Positions 24,190 through 35,856 of a stretch of DNA of 64,000 bases are shown here, piece by piece. Below the pieces are notes generated by a model. That model was not told the DNA's origin. It saw only the letters and a list, made by a program, of their open reading frames with translations, and did no database searches. Position 1 is the first letter of the stretch. Each line of letters begins with the position of its first letter. Made by a program: the position numbers and the translations under genes. Source of the stretch: Felis catus (taxonomy: Eukaryota); the NCBI RefSeq assembly GCF_018350175.1, contig NC_058373.1, forward strand, positions 111,850,001 to 111,914,000. Reading direction: 5' to 3'.

Positions 24190-25945
24190 GTGGTAGATAG
24201 GATACAGTCCAGCATGGGGACAAGACAAAGATGCAAATGGCACAAATACAATGAAGTCAAGAGAGGTACAAACCATCAGTAATAGGAGATCAGAGAGAGA
24301 CAGGACCCCATCTGCTGAAGGGCTACATGAAGGAGGTGATGTTCAAAGTAGCCCTTGAAGGATGGTGGGTAAGATTTTATCAGGTGCGGCTGGTGGAGTG
24401 GGAATAAAAGAATTCCAGACTTTTTAGGCAGAGGGAATAACATAAGCAGAAATATGAAGATGGAGAAGTATCAGAAGTCAACTAATTTGATTAATGTGTA
24501 AGGTGCAGTGTGGAACAGTTGGAGGAAAAAGTAGATCAGGGCTTTGTCATAAAAGACCTTTGATGTAAGGGTGAGCAATTTATACTTAATTTGTCAGTCA
24601 GTGGGGAGACATTGAGGGTTTGGTTAAAAAATGTTTAATCACAGCTGTGCTTGAGAAAAAGGAATTATTCTCGTAAGATGACTCAGAAGGGAGAGAGGTG
24701 AGAGGTAGGGAAAATGGAGAGGAGGTTGCCAGACTGTTTCAGATGAGAATTAATGGAGGTTTAAACAGGGGTAGTTATGGAGGAACAAGATAATGGTAGA
24801 ATCTAGGGGACATGATAATGGATTGATTGTTATGGGGAAAAGGAACAATCAAAGACAAAGCCAAGGTCACCAGCCTGGGGGAATAGAAGACTGATGGGGC
24901 AATTGACCCAAATAGTAAACCCAGTGGAGGAACAGTCTGGGGAGGCTGGTGAATTCGAGTGAGGTGCTAGATACAGAGATAGTTAAGTGGAGCTGGAGGA
25001 CAGGAAACTAAGACTCAACAGTTCACTGGTCCCATAGCTGTGCCACTTTCTCCCATATCTGTAGTATCTAACATTTAGTAGGTGCTCAATAACTGAATAA
25101 TCTCAGTTGGAGAGTGATCTCCATGAGTGTGCTAACTGAAACCTAAGGAGAGGCTTATCAGAGAAAGAGGAAAATTAGAGGGGAAAACTACCAGGAGCAT
25201 GCATGCACATCTAGGTTGAGGCATCTAGGGGCAGCACAGGCAAGAGCAGAGCAATGAAGAAGTAATGTAATACTGGGTTAAGGTGGTCAAGGTAAGGGAG
25301 AGTTTGGGGACAGAAAAGAGGTAAGTGGAATAGGTTGGAAATGCAAGAGGAGGACTGCACTTGTTTCCAAGCAGACATAACAAAGTAGCACGCGGTGGGT
25401 GGCTTAAAACACAAATTTATTCTCTCACAGGTCTGGAAGTCCAAAATCGAGGTGTTGGCAGAGCCATGCACCATCTGAAGCTCTAGGAGAGGATTCTTCC
25501 CTGCCTCTCCTGACTTCTGGTGGCCCCAGGAGTTCCTTGGCTCATATAGCATAACTCCAATCTCTGCCTCCGTCTTTACATGAGTGTCTTCTGCCAGTGT
25601 ACCTTTCTGCTTCACCTGTTCTTCCCTTATTAGGACATAGTCAACTTGGATTAAAGGCCCACCCTACTCCAGTATGATCTCATCTTAACTAATTATATCT
25701 GCACATTAGGTCATATTCTGAGGTATCGGAAGGTCAGGATTTCAATATATCTTTTATTGGGACATAATTCAACCTATTATCAAGGACCAAGCAGAGACTA
25801 TTGGGTTTGGAAGTTAGGAAGTAGCTAGTGGGGTTTGTAAGGATGCTATTTGACCCAAAACGTGGGGAAGGAGACCAGGTGGCACTGAGTGAAGAGTGGA
25901 GGGAAAGCGAACAGCATGACAATGCATGGAAAGTGAGATGGGAGT
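24190..25945 (-). mobile_element. Degenerate L2, interrupted by MLT1
   Basis: Purine-rich antisense L2 phrases (GGAGGTGATGTT..GCCCTTGAAGGATGG, AGGCAGAGGGAATAACATAAGCA, GTCAGTGGGGAGACATTGAGGG). Confidence 0.55.
25356..25782 (-). mobile_element. MLT1B/C-like MaLR solo LTR
   Basis: TG...CA ends with perfect 5-bp TSD AGGAC (25351-25355, 25783-25787); GGTGGCTTAAAACACAAATTTATTCTCTCACAG. Confidence 0.85.
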
Positions 25946-28219
25946 GTGAGGGGCATCTCTCCAATCTCTTCTTCGCGTGACTTTTTGTTTTCTGCAGGTA
26001 GAGGGAACAGTTATGGGCTCCACAAAAGGTTTTGCTTTCACATCACTAGCACTCACTCCATGATTTGGTGGTCCTACCCCAATAGCGTGTGGTGCCTGGT
26101 GGGACGGTGGGTCTGGACACCAGAGCCTCATTATTCAAAATTGTAGCGGCCGAAATTGGTTCCCATTTGGTTCAAGTAACTTCTCTTCTTGTCTAACAGT
26201 TTTTGGTCATTGGGGTTCCTTTATCGCTGAAGCCCAGCCCTTGAAGTTGGGACAAGAGCACCTGTCTGACTTGGTCCCACTTTCAGATGGCATAAGAACT
26301 GGATGCTAAAGCCTTGTGAGAACATAATAATGACCAGAATGTACCACTGCATGAGTTAAACACAAAATAATCAACAAGCATGAGTCTGCAGGTGTCTTAA
26401 TTAATTCATGATTGGCAATGAAAAACTATGACCCACTCAAGACAACAATGAGGCCAGATTGATAACACACTCCTCTTCCAAAGTTTCAGGAACTTTGCAT
26501 ATCCACCCAGCTCTCTGCATATCCACCATCTGAGCTTCACCCACTTTCCTGAGTGTACATGGCCACGGTCAGATTTCTTGGTGGTCTCCTGTAAAGTCCT
26601 TAGGAAATTCCACAAACTGCTCATTTTAGTTCATAAATATCCAACTTTGGCTTCTTGACAATCTTTAATTGCATGCTTGGTACGTTATTAGGAACTAGCT
26701 CATATTCATACATAATAATGCAACTAGTATAGTGACTGACACATAACTTGGTCAGCAAATGATTCTTATTCATATTATCAAACTGATAGGAGCTTGAGAG
26801 GGCTGGCTGGCAAATAAAATCATGTGGTCAGCTCTAAATGAACTCAGAGCCTTCTCGCACCACAAAGATTTTCTTACGGGGTAAAGCTAGTTGTTCGTGG
26901 CTTCTGTATTCCCTAGAATGGATAACGTCTGAGGATACTTATTAATAGACTTCTGATAAGCCCACCTCATAAGTTAGACATAGCTTAACCTCAGGCTTGG
27001 ACTTGGCTGTTCCTCCAATGGATTGAGGATCTTCCAAACAATGGAGATACAATAGGGCATGAGGAAGTGGGGGAAAGGGGAGCACAGGAGTCTCTTGCTT
27101 CCAGTATTCAATGGTCCAGCATTTGAGATTCCCCCCCGCCCTGCTTTATAAAAGTGGCTTCCCCAAGAGAAACTACACATGGAATCATCTAGATGAGTTG
27201 GGTGTTGCCTAGTGAACATCTATTTTCTAGATAGCCATTCAGTAAGACAAAAGGGAGGTTACCCTCTGAAGACATTCCCTAGTGGATCTTTGGAAGATGT
27301 AGAGATGGCTGAACTCTCAGCCTAAAGAAAAACTGAATTGCTACCTGGAAAACCATTCCATTTTTCTTCCTTTCCTCTCCACATCTCCTGGGCCCTTTAA
27401 TGCCTTGTAAAGCCAAATTTGTTCAGATTATGAAGGCAGCAAGCTGCAAGATTTATTCCAAGGTTTGGAAGGAGGACTCCTGCACAATCTATGAGCAAGC
27501 TGTGGTAGCCCCAGGCTGCAGGTGGATCTGCTCCAACCTTCTTTACTTTATCCTGCATACTGGACTAATTCTGCAAGGCAGAGCCCCAAGAAATTCACCC
27601 GGCTGCACAGCACACTCAGAATCTGTGAAAGACACCAAGATTCTTCAGCTTAGTTGGGAGCATGGGGGAATCACACTTGATTGCTGAGTTTGAGTGAGCT
27701 GGCCAGGTTGCAAACCAGTAGACACATGTTTTTTGGGCGCAGATGCCTTCCCTGCCTTCAGCTTTTCTTAGTTTGCAACCAGAATCTGTTCTGCTGCGTC
27801 ACAAAGAGCAATTTATGCAACATATTTTGTCCACTTTTTTGGCCCAGTGTACTAGGTGAAGTAGAATACAAGAATCATGAGATGAGGGTCCGTTTTCAAT
27901 CCTTATGTGGTCTGGTAGTTACACACAGGATCCTCTTCCCACCCCTATTAGGTCTCAGACAAAACATCTGAGCATTTCTGGTTGCACTGTCAGAAGACCT
28001 TGTGCTTTGTGTTCATTTTGTCCTGTTGGTGATGACTGTTTGGGGTCATTCACATGCTAGTGTGTTTGTGAGCTCTGAGCCATTTCTGGAAGATAGCACC
28101 TCCTCCTTGGAGATATTGTCTATGGCCTTTGGAAAATATGTCGTGGTAACTGGGCCATACATAATTGGTATCTATGACTTTGGCCTAGAGCCCTAGACCC
28201 ACCACAGCAGAGATATGCT

Positions 28220-28562
28220 CCTCCACACTGCCCCACCCTTTTGCAGTTGGACAGAGCTAACTGGTCACTTGGCTGTGAGTGGAAGTGATATATGTCACAC
28301 CTGGACCAAAACATTTAAAAGCTAGTCCTTGACCCGTAGTTTTCTCTTATGCTTGCTACAAAGGCCTTAAAGGCCTTGTCTTCTAGATGGTACAACTACT
28401 AAATGACAGAGCCTCCATTAACCTGAATCTTTGGGAAAGAACTTCCCTCAGGAGCCCTAAGAACAAGAGTAGATTTTGAGAAATAAACTTTAAGTTTTAA
28501 CCACTAAGATTCTTAGTTTATTTGTTACTGTAACATAGCCTAGACTATCCTGACTAACATAA
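28220..28562 (+). mobile_element. MLT1I/J-like LTR
   Basis: GAGTGGAAGTGATATATGTCAC..GAGAAATAAACTTT..TTTGTTACTGTAACATAGCCTAGACTATCCTGACTAAC. Confidence 0.65.
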
Positions 28563-29085
28563 CCACTAAGGGTTTAGAGTTTAGAGAACCTTAGATATTG
28601 GTCTAAATGCACCAATTTATACAGAAGGAAACTAAAGTGCAGAAAAATGAGGTGACTTACATAAAATCACAGAGAGAGAGAGAGTGACACAGTTAAAACT
28701 GGAACTTCCAATTTGGTTCTCTCCACTATTACAGAGCATCTTTTGTGCTGATTTGAATACAACTCGAATCTAATATTTTCAATCTCACTTTTCAGTTAAC
28801 CACAAAGTCTTGATGAACTGAAAAATAGAGAGCACTGGGCCAAGTACTTGTCTCTCGTTTTTTGACCAAATTACTATTTCTCCAATGATCTTAGCTGTCC
28901 TGCTCTAATTTCAGAGAAAACAAGATAGTGCTGCTAGACTCTCTATGCATGTGATTTTCTTGTAACGTATATTGTCTGATGTAAACCCTGGGTGGGGTGG
29001 TTAAGATATCTGGGAAGTTTGGATTCTGAATATATCTCACTAGCTCTCTGTTCTCACTAGTCAGCTTTCCATTCCTGGTGTGTAC

Positions 29086-29086
<1 letters not shown>

Positions 29087-29120
<34 letters not shown>

Positions 29121-29140
29121 ACATGTGTGCGTGTGTGTGT
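29087..29140. repeat. (TG)n microsatellite
   Basis: TG run with interrupted tail. Confidence 0.9.
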
Positions 29141-29511
29141 ATCGTATGTATAGAGGTATTGCTTACCTAGAGTCCTAATGTATGGTGGCCAAAATAAAAT
29201 TTTGGCTGAAATCTGAGGGGGGAAATGCTCAAATCAGACTGTCATATCCAAAGCAAGTTATCAAATCATGGACATATAAAATAAAAATTGGAGGCAGTGA
29301 GAGAGCCAGATGGAGACTGAAAACTCAGGGAGAAAGGGTCAGAACAAGTGAGATAAATGGAGGTTTGCAGTTCTCCTAGAACCATGGTCAATGTTCCCAG
29401 CTCACATTTTATGCGCTTGTAGCGTGTGGTTTTGTAGGCAGCTCAACTTCATGCAAGTGGCCCAGCTGATAGACCCTGATCAATAAACTAAGATTAGAAA
29501 TACTGACTTGA

Positions 29512-29737
29512 GGGGCGCCTGGGTGGCGCAGTCGGTTAAGCATCCGACTTCAGCCAGGTCACGATCTCGCGGTCCGGGAGTTCGAGCCCCGCGTCGGGCT
29601 CTGGGCTGATGGCTCAGAGCCTGGAGCCTGCTTCCGATTCTGTGTCTCCCTCTCTCTCTGCCCCTCCCCCGTTCATGCTCTGTCTCTCTCTGTCCCAAAA
29701 GTAAATAAACGTTGAAAAAAAAATTAAAAAAAAAAAA
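29512..29737 (+). mobile_element. Young felid SINEC_Fc
   Basis: CpG-rich, diagnostic CTTCAGCCAGGTCACG / GGGCTGATGG; perfect TSD AGAAATACTGACTTGA (29496-29511, 29738-29753). Confidence 0.97.
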
Positions 29738-29909
29738 AGAAATACTGACTTGAGTAAGTGCCATCTCCATCTCTATCCTCTGTAAGTTATATCAGCCTCT
29801 ATCCTTGACCATCTTTTTGTCAACTTGGTCCAGCTTTTCTGAAGTTGTTTTGTTGTTGTTTTGCCTGTATATATCATTACCAGATATCACCATGGATGAT
29901 GAGAGAATT

Positions 29910-30230
29910 CCTGGATCTATTCCTCTCTGGTTACCCGCAGATGCAGGTGGATGCCTACTCAAATTTTGGTTCAGATATGGAGACTGACAATGGCCCCTGC
30001 ATACCAAGAGGGTATGAAAAGGTTTGGATTATGTAACAGAGGGCAGGGCAGGGCAGGGCAGGCCACTCAGGTGGGATTGAAATGCCTCAGAAAGCAGATG
30101 AAGCATCTGGCACAGAGATTTTGTTGTGATTAGGAGTGGGACCGGAGTGAGAATTCCTGCACAGGCATGGCCTTGCTCAGTGCAAATCCCTTGCCCTCAC
30201 CAAAAGAGGGGCACCCAAACTTTCTTATCA
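29910..30230 (-). mobile_element. ERVL-class LTR fragment (family uncertain)
   Basis: ACCAAGAGGGTATGAAAAGGTTT..GCAGGGCAGGC resembles antisense MER54/73/74/LTR53-type LTRs. Confidence 0.35.
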
Positions 30231-31597
30231 GCTGCTCTGGGCACAGGAGGAAGAGGGAGGGGTGAGGCTTAAAAGCTGTCAGCAGTCAGAATTTGAAAGT
30301 TGGGGTCAGACTCTTCATTCCTTTGCTATAACAATGGCCTCTCTGTTGGTAAGAGATAGCAGCCCAGCTTCTGACTTTAAAGTGCGGCGCATATATATTT
30401 CTTTATCTTCCCTTCCCAGTGGCCCAGTTCCCTCCAGCAAGTCTTGTCCTCTTCCAGTCTTCTCCCCAAGTTCAGCTCTCGCATTATCCTTCTCTGTCCC
30501 CAGCCTGCATCCTACCCTACCTTCTCTCCCAGTGCTTCACCGGATTGGCTTCCTGCATGCGCACTCTACTCTGGGAACAGTAGTTAACTGAGGAGAGCCC
30601 TTCCTGTTAATTGCAGATAGTAGTGATTAGAAGGAAACAAGAAGATTTTATTTTTCGAGGATTAAAAAAAGAACCCCAGAAAATAGAAGAGTAGAAAAAG
30701 AATGAAGGGTGCAGAGTGGAAAGTAAGTGGCTCTGTGAACAAAGAATTAAACCGTGTCCTCTTGATCTAATTGCTCTGGGTAAAAATACCCGCTGTATCA
30801 GGAGAATTCTGCTTCCCTTGGGCCATTCTGTCTGGTGCCATCATGATGAGGCCTGTGGGAAAATGATGGAGTACAAGCCAGTGGATGTCAAATTCTGATC
30901 AACTCTTATCCCTGTGACTTGGATTTGGTTGCTGGTCTAAAGGAAGATAGATGGTCAATGGCCAGGAGTTTTTGCTCCTGCCAGAAATAAGCTCACAAAG
31001 CTCTCCCCTATTGTGGGCTTTAATTGGTCCTCTCTTTTGTGTACATGTCAAGACATTCTTCTGCCTTCTTTGTAAATACTTTTCTTTTCTCTAGAGTAGA
31101 GAGATGGCCTCAGCCTTACAATGGATTTTACATGCAGAGAAGAGAAAGAAAATGATTTTGCAAGACTCTTTCCTCTGTTGGCTTGTGACACAAAGAAACA
31201 TCCCCCTCAGCCCAAGCATCTTACAAGCTAAAATTGTCTGCTTCATCAAATGGAGGACAGATGAGGGGAAAGAAGCGGTGGGGGGGGGGGTGGGGAGAGG
31301 GGGGCGGACGCTCAAGTTATTTGCTCCCTAGCTGACTTTCTCATTCTAAGACTTTCTCTTTTCTTTGTAGTTGTCCTTTTGCTGTGGCCATTTCTACTTC
31401 TGTGGGACTCACTCTTTTTTTCATGTACTCTTTAGATGCACTATTTTTATGTCCAGGAGAGCTGAGCTGAATTCACCTGTTTTCAGATCTTATGTTCCTG
31501 TTTGGATTCTGATAAACTGATGAGGAAGTTTAGGAAACAATTCCCCCATCGTCATAATTACAGCATGTCATGGTGTTCTTAAAAGACACACACACTT

Positions 31598-31816
31598 GGG
31601 GCGCCTGGGTGGCGCAGTCGGTTAAGCGTCCGACTTCAGCCAGGTCACTATCTCGCGGTCCGTGAGTTCAAGCCCCGCGTCGGGCTCTGGGCTGATGGCT
31701 CAGAGCCTGGAGCCTGTTTCCGATTCTGTGTCTCCCTCTCTCTCTGCCCCTCCCCTGTTCATGCTCTGTCTCTCTCTGTCCCAAAAATAAATAAATGTTG
31801 AAAAAAAATAAAAAAA
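31598..31816 (+). mobile_element. Young felid SINEC_Fc
   Basis: Full length, TSD AAAAGACACACACACT (31581-31596, 31817-31832). Confidence 0.97.
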
Positions 31817-32840
31817 AAAAGACACACACACTCACACACACACACACACAATTATTTAAAACTTGACTTTGGCTGAAAATATCTCTCTGGCTCTCAGGTG
31901 ATAGTCACAAGAATAGCAGGCATGAGTAAGTTACATAGTCTTAGAAGTCCGAGGGGGTTTAGTATTAAAATGGTATTAAAGATGGAGTTTTGGCCAGAGG
32001 ACACAGGAATATAAGCCTTCCCATGTTAATTCTCCCTACAGGTGAGGTGTGCAAGGGAGATAGAAGCTCAGGACAATGGCTGACCATGCGACACTTCGTG
32101 AAAGCTGGGGCTGTTACTCTAGGGCCTGGGGCCAAACTTGAAGGAGCTGGATTAAGTCCTGGGGTACCTCATTTGTCCTAGGCTAGAGAATTAAGTGACT
32201 GTGTTATTTAACTACAAACCACATCCATCAGCACCAGAGAAAATAGAGCCAGAGAAAGAGCAAGAAAAAGTCAAATCAGTGCCTAGGAGTCTGGTGAATC
32301 AGACCCATGGCTCCTCTTCGGAGAGTAAAGAAGAGGAGTTGAAAGTGGTCCTCGATGCCTTCTCCAGGTAGACCAGGAAAGAAGCATCTTTTCTTTTCTC
32401 TTTTTTTCTTTTCTTTTCTTTTCTTTTCTTTTCTTTTCTTTTCTTTTCTTTTCTTTTCTTTCTCTTTCTTTTCTTTTCTTTCTCTTTCTTTCTTTCTTTC
32501 TTCTTTTTTTCTTCTTGTCTTTTATTGTCAGGTTAGCTCACATACAGTGTACTCTTGGCTTCAGGAGTAGATTCTCATGATTCATCATCTACATACAACA
32601 CCCAGTGCTCATCCCAACAAGTGCCCTCCTCAATGTCCATCACCCATATTCCACCCCCCCAACCCCACAACTCCATCAACTCTCAGTTTGTTCTGTGTAT
32701 TTAAGAGTCTCTCATGGTTTGCCTCCCTCTCTATTTGTATCTTATTTTTCCTTCCCTTCCCTTATGGTCATCTGTTAAGTTTCTCAAATTCCGTACATGA
32801 GTGAAGTCATATTATATCTGTCTTTCTATGCCTGACTTAT

Positions 32841-33066
32841 TTTTTTTTTTAATTTTTTTTTCAACGTTTTATTTTATTTTTGGGACAGAGAGAGACAGAG
32901 CATGAACGGGGTAGGGGCAGAGAGAGAGGGAGACACAGAATCCGAAACAGGCTCCAGGCTCTGAGCCATCAGCCCAGAGCCCGACGCGGGGCTCGAACTC
33001 ACGGACTGCGAGATCGTGACCTGGCTGAAGTCGGATGCTTAACCGACTGCGCCACCCAGGCGCCCC
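32841..33066 (-). mobile_element. Young felid SINEC_Fc nested in L1
   Basis: Perfect TSD TCTATGCCTGACTTATTTT (32825-32843, 33069-33087). Confidence 0.97.
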
Positions 33067-33151
33067 GGTCTATGCCTGACTTATTTTGCTTGGCATAATA
33101 CCCTCCAGTTCCATCCACATTGTTGCAAATACCAAGATTTCATTCCTTTTC

Positions 33152-33374
33152 TTATTTTTTAATTTTTTTAATGTTTATTTATTATTGAGAGACAGAGAGA
33201 GACAGAACATGAGCAGGGGAGGGGCAGAGAGAGGAGGAGACACAGAATCTGAAGCAGGCTCCAGGCTCTGAGCTGTCAGCACAGAGCCCAACGCGGGGCT
33301 CGAACTCACAAACTGCGAGATCATGACCTGAGCTGAAGTCAGACGCTTAACCAACTGAGCCACCCAGGCGCCCC
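33152..33374 (-). mobile_element. Can-SINE nested in L1
   Basis: TSD AGATTTCATTCCTTTTC / AGATGTCATTCTTTTTC (2 mismatches). Confidence 0.95.
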
Positions 33375-33918
33375 AGATGTCATTCTTTTTCATCATCAAG
33401 TAGTATTCCATTGTGTATATATACCACATCTTCTTTATTCATTCATCAGTTGATGGACATTTGTGCTCTTTCCATAATTTGGCTATTGTTGATAACACTG
33501 CTATAGACCTTGGAGTGCATGTGCCCCTTTGAATCACTGCTGTATCCTTTGGATAAATTCTTAGTAGTGCAATTGTTGCATCATAGGGTAATTTTGTTTT
33601 TAATTTTCTGAGGAACCTCCACACTGTTTTCCAGAGTGGCTGCACCAGTTTGCATTCCCACCAACAGTGCAAGAGTCTTCCCCTTTCTCCACATCCTTGC
33701 CAACATCTGTTGTTTCCTGAGTTAATATTAGCCACTCTGACTGGTGGGAGGCAGTATCTCAATGTGCTTTTGATTTGTATTTCCCTGATGAAATGTGGAG
33801 CTATGTTGAACATCTTTTCATGTGTCTGTTTGCCATCTGGATGCCTTCTCTGGAAAAGTGTCTATTCATGTCTTCTGCCCATTTCTTCACTGGATTATTT
33901 GTATTTTGGGTGTTGAGT

Positions 33919-34081
33919 TGGTATTTGCATACAAACGATACATAGATCAATGGAATAGAATGGAGAACCCAGAAATGGACCCACAAACATACGGCCAGCT
34001 AATTTTTGACAAAGCAGAAAAGAGTATCTAATGGAAAAAAGACAGTCTCTTTAGCAAATGGTGCTGGGAGAACTGGACGGC
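33919..34081 (+). mobile_element. Inverted L1 ORF2 fragment
   Basis: Reads [45 protein letters not shown] on the + strand. Confidence 0.9.
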
Positions 34082-34334
34082 TTTTCTCTGGGAGAGTTTT
34101 CAATAATTATATAGGTTGTGGCAATTTTTGTATTGTTATTCTGATAATGTTGTGTGTGTGAGATGGGCTAAAGCTAATGAGTACTTATGGAATGTTCTAC
34201 CATCTCCTACATCCTTGAGAACCAGGATTTTGGCATGGACGAAAGGAGATACAGATGTACTACAGAGGAGGTTAAGTAAGTGAAAATCTTACAGCCCTGA
34301 AATTGAATCGGAAGGATGAATACGAACTCATGAG

Positions 34335-35307
34335 GTGTGTGCATGCAGAATATGATATACGTGGTCCTAAGAATGATCGCCGTGTGCAAAACCATTGCAT
34401 AAAAGCCACAAGGCTTATGGCAGAAATGAGAATAAAGGCACAACACTCAAGCACTTCATCGGTGACATTTTTTTAAGGGTAGACATTTAGCAAAGATGGT
34501 GGCGCGATTCTATACATGTTAAATGGGTAAGAAATACATAAATAGGACAATAAATATGGCACTTTGCCTTGAACAAGACCTGAGGGTTGCTTGTGGAAGG
34601 GGGCATCGGAAGGGTGTGGCTTGTTGGTTATTGTGAAGCAGTGGGAAGGAGGCTTAGTTGAAACCGGGTAGAAAGTTGGAATACCTGCTGTGTGTGGGCG
34701 GCTGGCTCATTAGCCTCTGTTGGGCATTGGTGCTGAGCACCAGAGTTCCGAGATCTTTTGTAGCCTTAAATCCTGGGTCATGTTTTTCTGCCTTTGAGAT
34801 GGAGGCTGTTTGAGCATTGCATTTATAATAGATACCTGTTTCATCACCATCGAGATTGTGACCCGATGCACAGCTTCTTCGGGTAGCTTCTGTGTCGCTG
34901 CTGGAAATTCCTTTGCTGCTTTCTAGTCTGTACTTGTGGCTTCACCTGACAGCTGAAAATTCTGGAGATTGGAGATATTCCAAACCACTAAACCAGCCAC
35001 TCATCGCAGCAAAAGATGCCACTTCTGCAGGATTTGGCAATTTGGGTTTAAGGCCTTTGTGTATAGCTGTGCTTTCTCTCTGTCTGTTGGAAAGATTAGT
35101 CCTGATTGTTTTTTCACTGTTTCATGTATTCTTAAGCAGCTTGGATCAGCTGGGTGCGGTTTTCTGCCTTCACCCAATATTTCTCCTGTGTGAAACCACC
35201 CATAGCCAAACACAAAATCTGTGTTAGGCTCAAATTGTTCCTTAATATACCAATCATATTTGAACAAGTTTACATTTTCAAAACAAGCATTACAGCAGAA
35301 CTGACTG
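34335..35307 (-). mobile_element. MER82-like Tigger (TcMar/pogo) element with internal transposase fragment
   Basis: Minus strand starts TA|CAGTCAGTTCTGCTGTAATGCTTGTTTTGAAAA; other end has GCAAAGTGCCATATTTATTGT..CCATAAGCCTTGTGGCTTTTAT as in recalled MER82; second terminal inverted repeat decayed. Confidence 0.75.
34715..35115 (-). pseudogene. Frameshifted pogo/Tigger transposase fragment (end of CENP-B-type HTH to start of DDE_1)
   Basis: Manual translation across frames: REKAQLY / SFAAMSGWF / LSGEATSTD*KAAKEFP / GDETGIYYKC..ISKAEKHDPGFKATKDLGTLVLSTNA, matching Tigger F.ASxGWF..GEAASAD..DETGL..PGFKAxKDRxTLLL..NA. Confidence 0.85.
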
Positions 35308-35433
35308 TATGTAGATTTTTTCCCCATTAACTCCTTAGGTTTGTCCATGAAAGGACTAAAAACAGTGATTAATATTGTAGCAAATTAGCAATGAGCATCA
35401 CAGGCACCATATCCCACTCTGAGAAATCAGGAC

Positions 35434-35856
35434 TTTTTTGGGTGTTGAGTTTGGTAAATTCTTTGCAGAGTTTGGATACTAACCCTTTATCTGATAGGTC
35501 ATTTGTAAATATCTTCTCCCATTCTGTCAGTTACCTTTTAGTTTTGTTGATTGTTTCTTTGCTGTGCAGAAGCTTTTTATCTTGATGAGGTCCCAAAAGT
35601 TCAGTTTTGCTTTTATTTCCCTTGCCTTTGGAAACATGCCAAGTAAGATGTTGCTGCAACCAAGGTCGAAGAGGTTGCTTCCTGTTTTCTCATATAGGAT
35701 TTTGATGGTTTCGTATCTCACATTAGGTCTTCCATCCATTTTAATTTATTTTTGTGTATGGTGTAAGAAAGTGGTCCATTTTAATTCTTCCTCATGTTGC
35801 TGTCCAGTTCTCCCAGCCCCATTTGCTAAAGAGACTGTCTTTTTTTCCATTGGATT
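35434..35856 (-). mobile_element. L1 ORF2 fragment, 5' end of composite insertion
   Basis: ORF track 35527-35739 (ETIKILYEKTGSNLFDLG..WDLIKIKSFCTAK); right TSD copy AGGAAAGAAGCATCTT 35861-35876. Confidence 0.92.

Larger units (their letters stand above)
32391..33923 (-). mobile_element. Carnivore L1 3' end (3' UTR and ORF2 C-terminus); tail expanded to (TTTTC)n
   Basis: ORF track 33439-33813 gives the ORF2 cysteine-rich motif [33 protein letters not shown]; tail 32391-32520; left TSD copy AGGAAAGAAGCATCTT 32375-32390. Confidence 0.95.

Noticed and set aside
29512..29600. tRNA-like A/B boxes
   Set aside because: They are Can-SINE heads, not tRNA genes; the same applies to the other copies
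34280..34640. Protein-looking plus-strand reading (..SSVTFF/KGRHLAKM..) converging on the ORF above, suggesting an ambisense viral segment
   Set aside because: Most of it is the opposite strand of the MER82-like end; it has stops and frameshifts
35001..35348. 115-aa minus-strand ORF inside an L1, first suspected to be an endogenous viral element (borna-, rhabdo- or bunya-like)
   Set aside because: It is a read-through of the MER82-like terminus into a Tigger transposase fragment; downstream frames give clear pogo DDE motifs and no convincing viral motif
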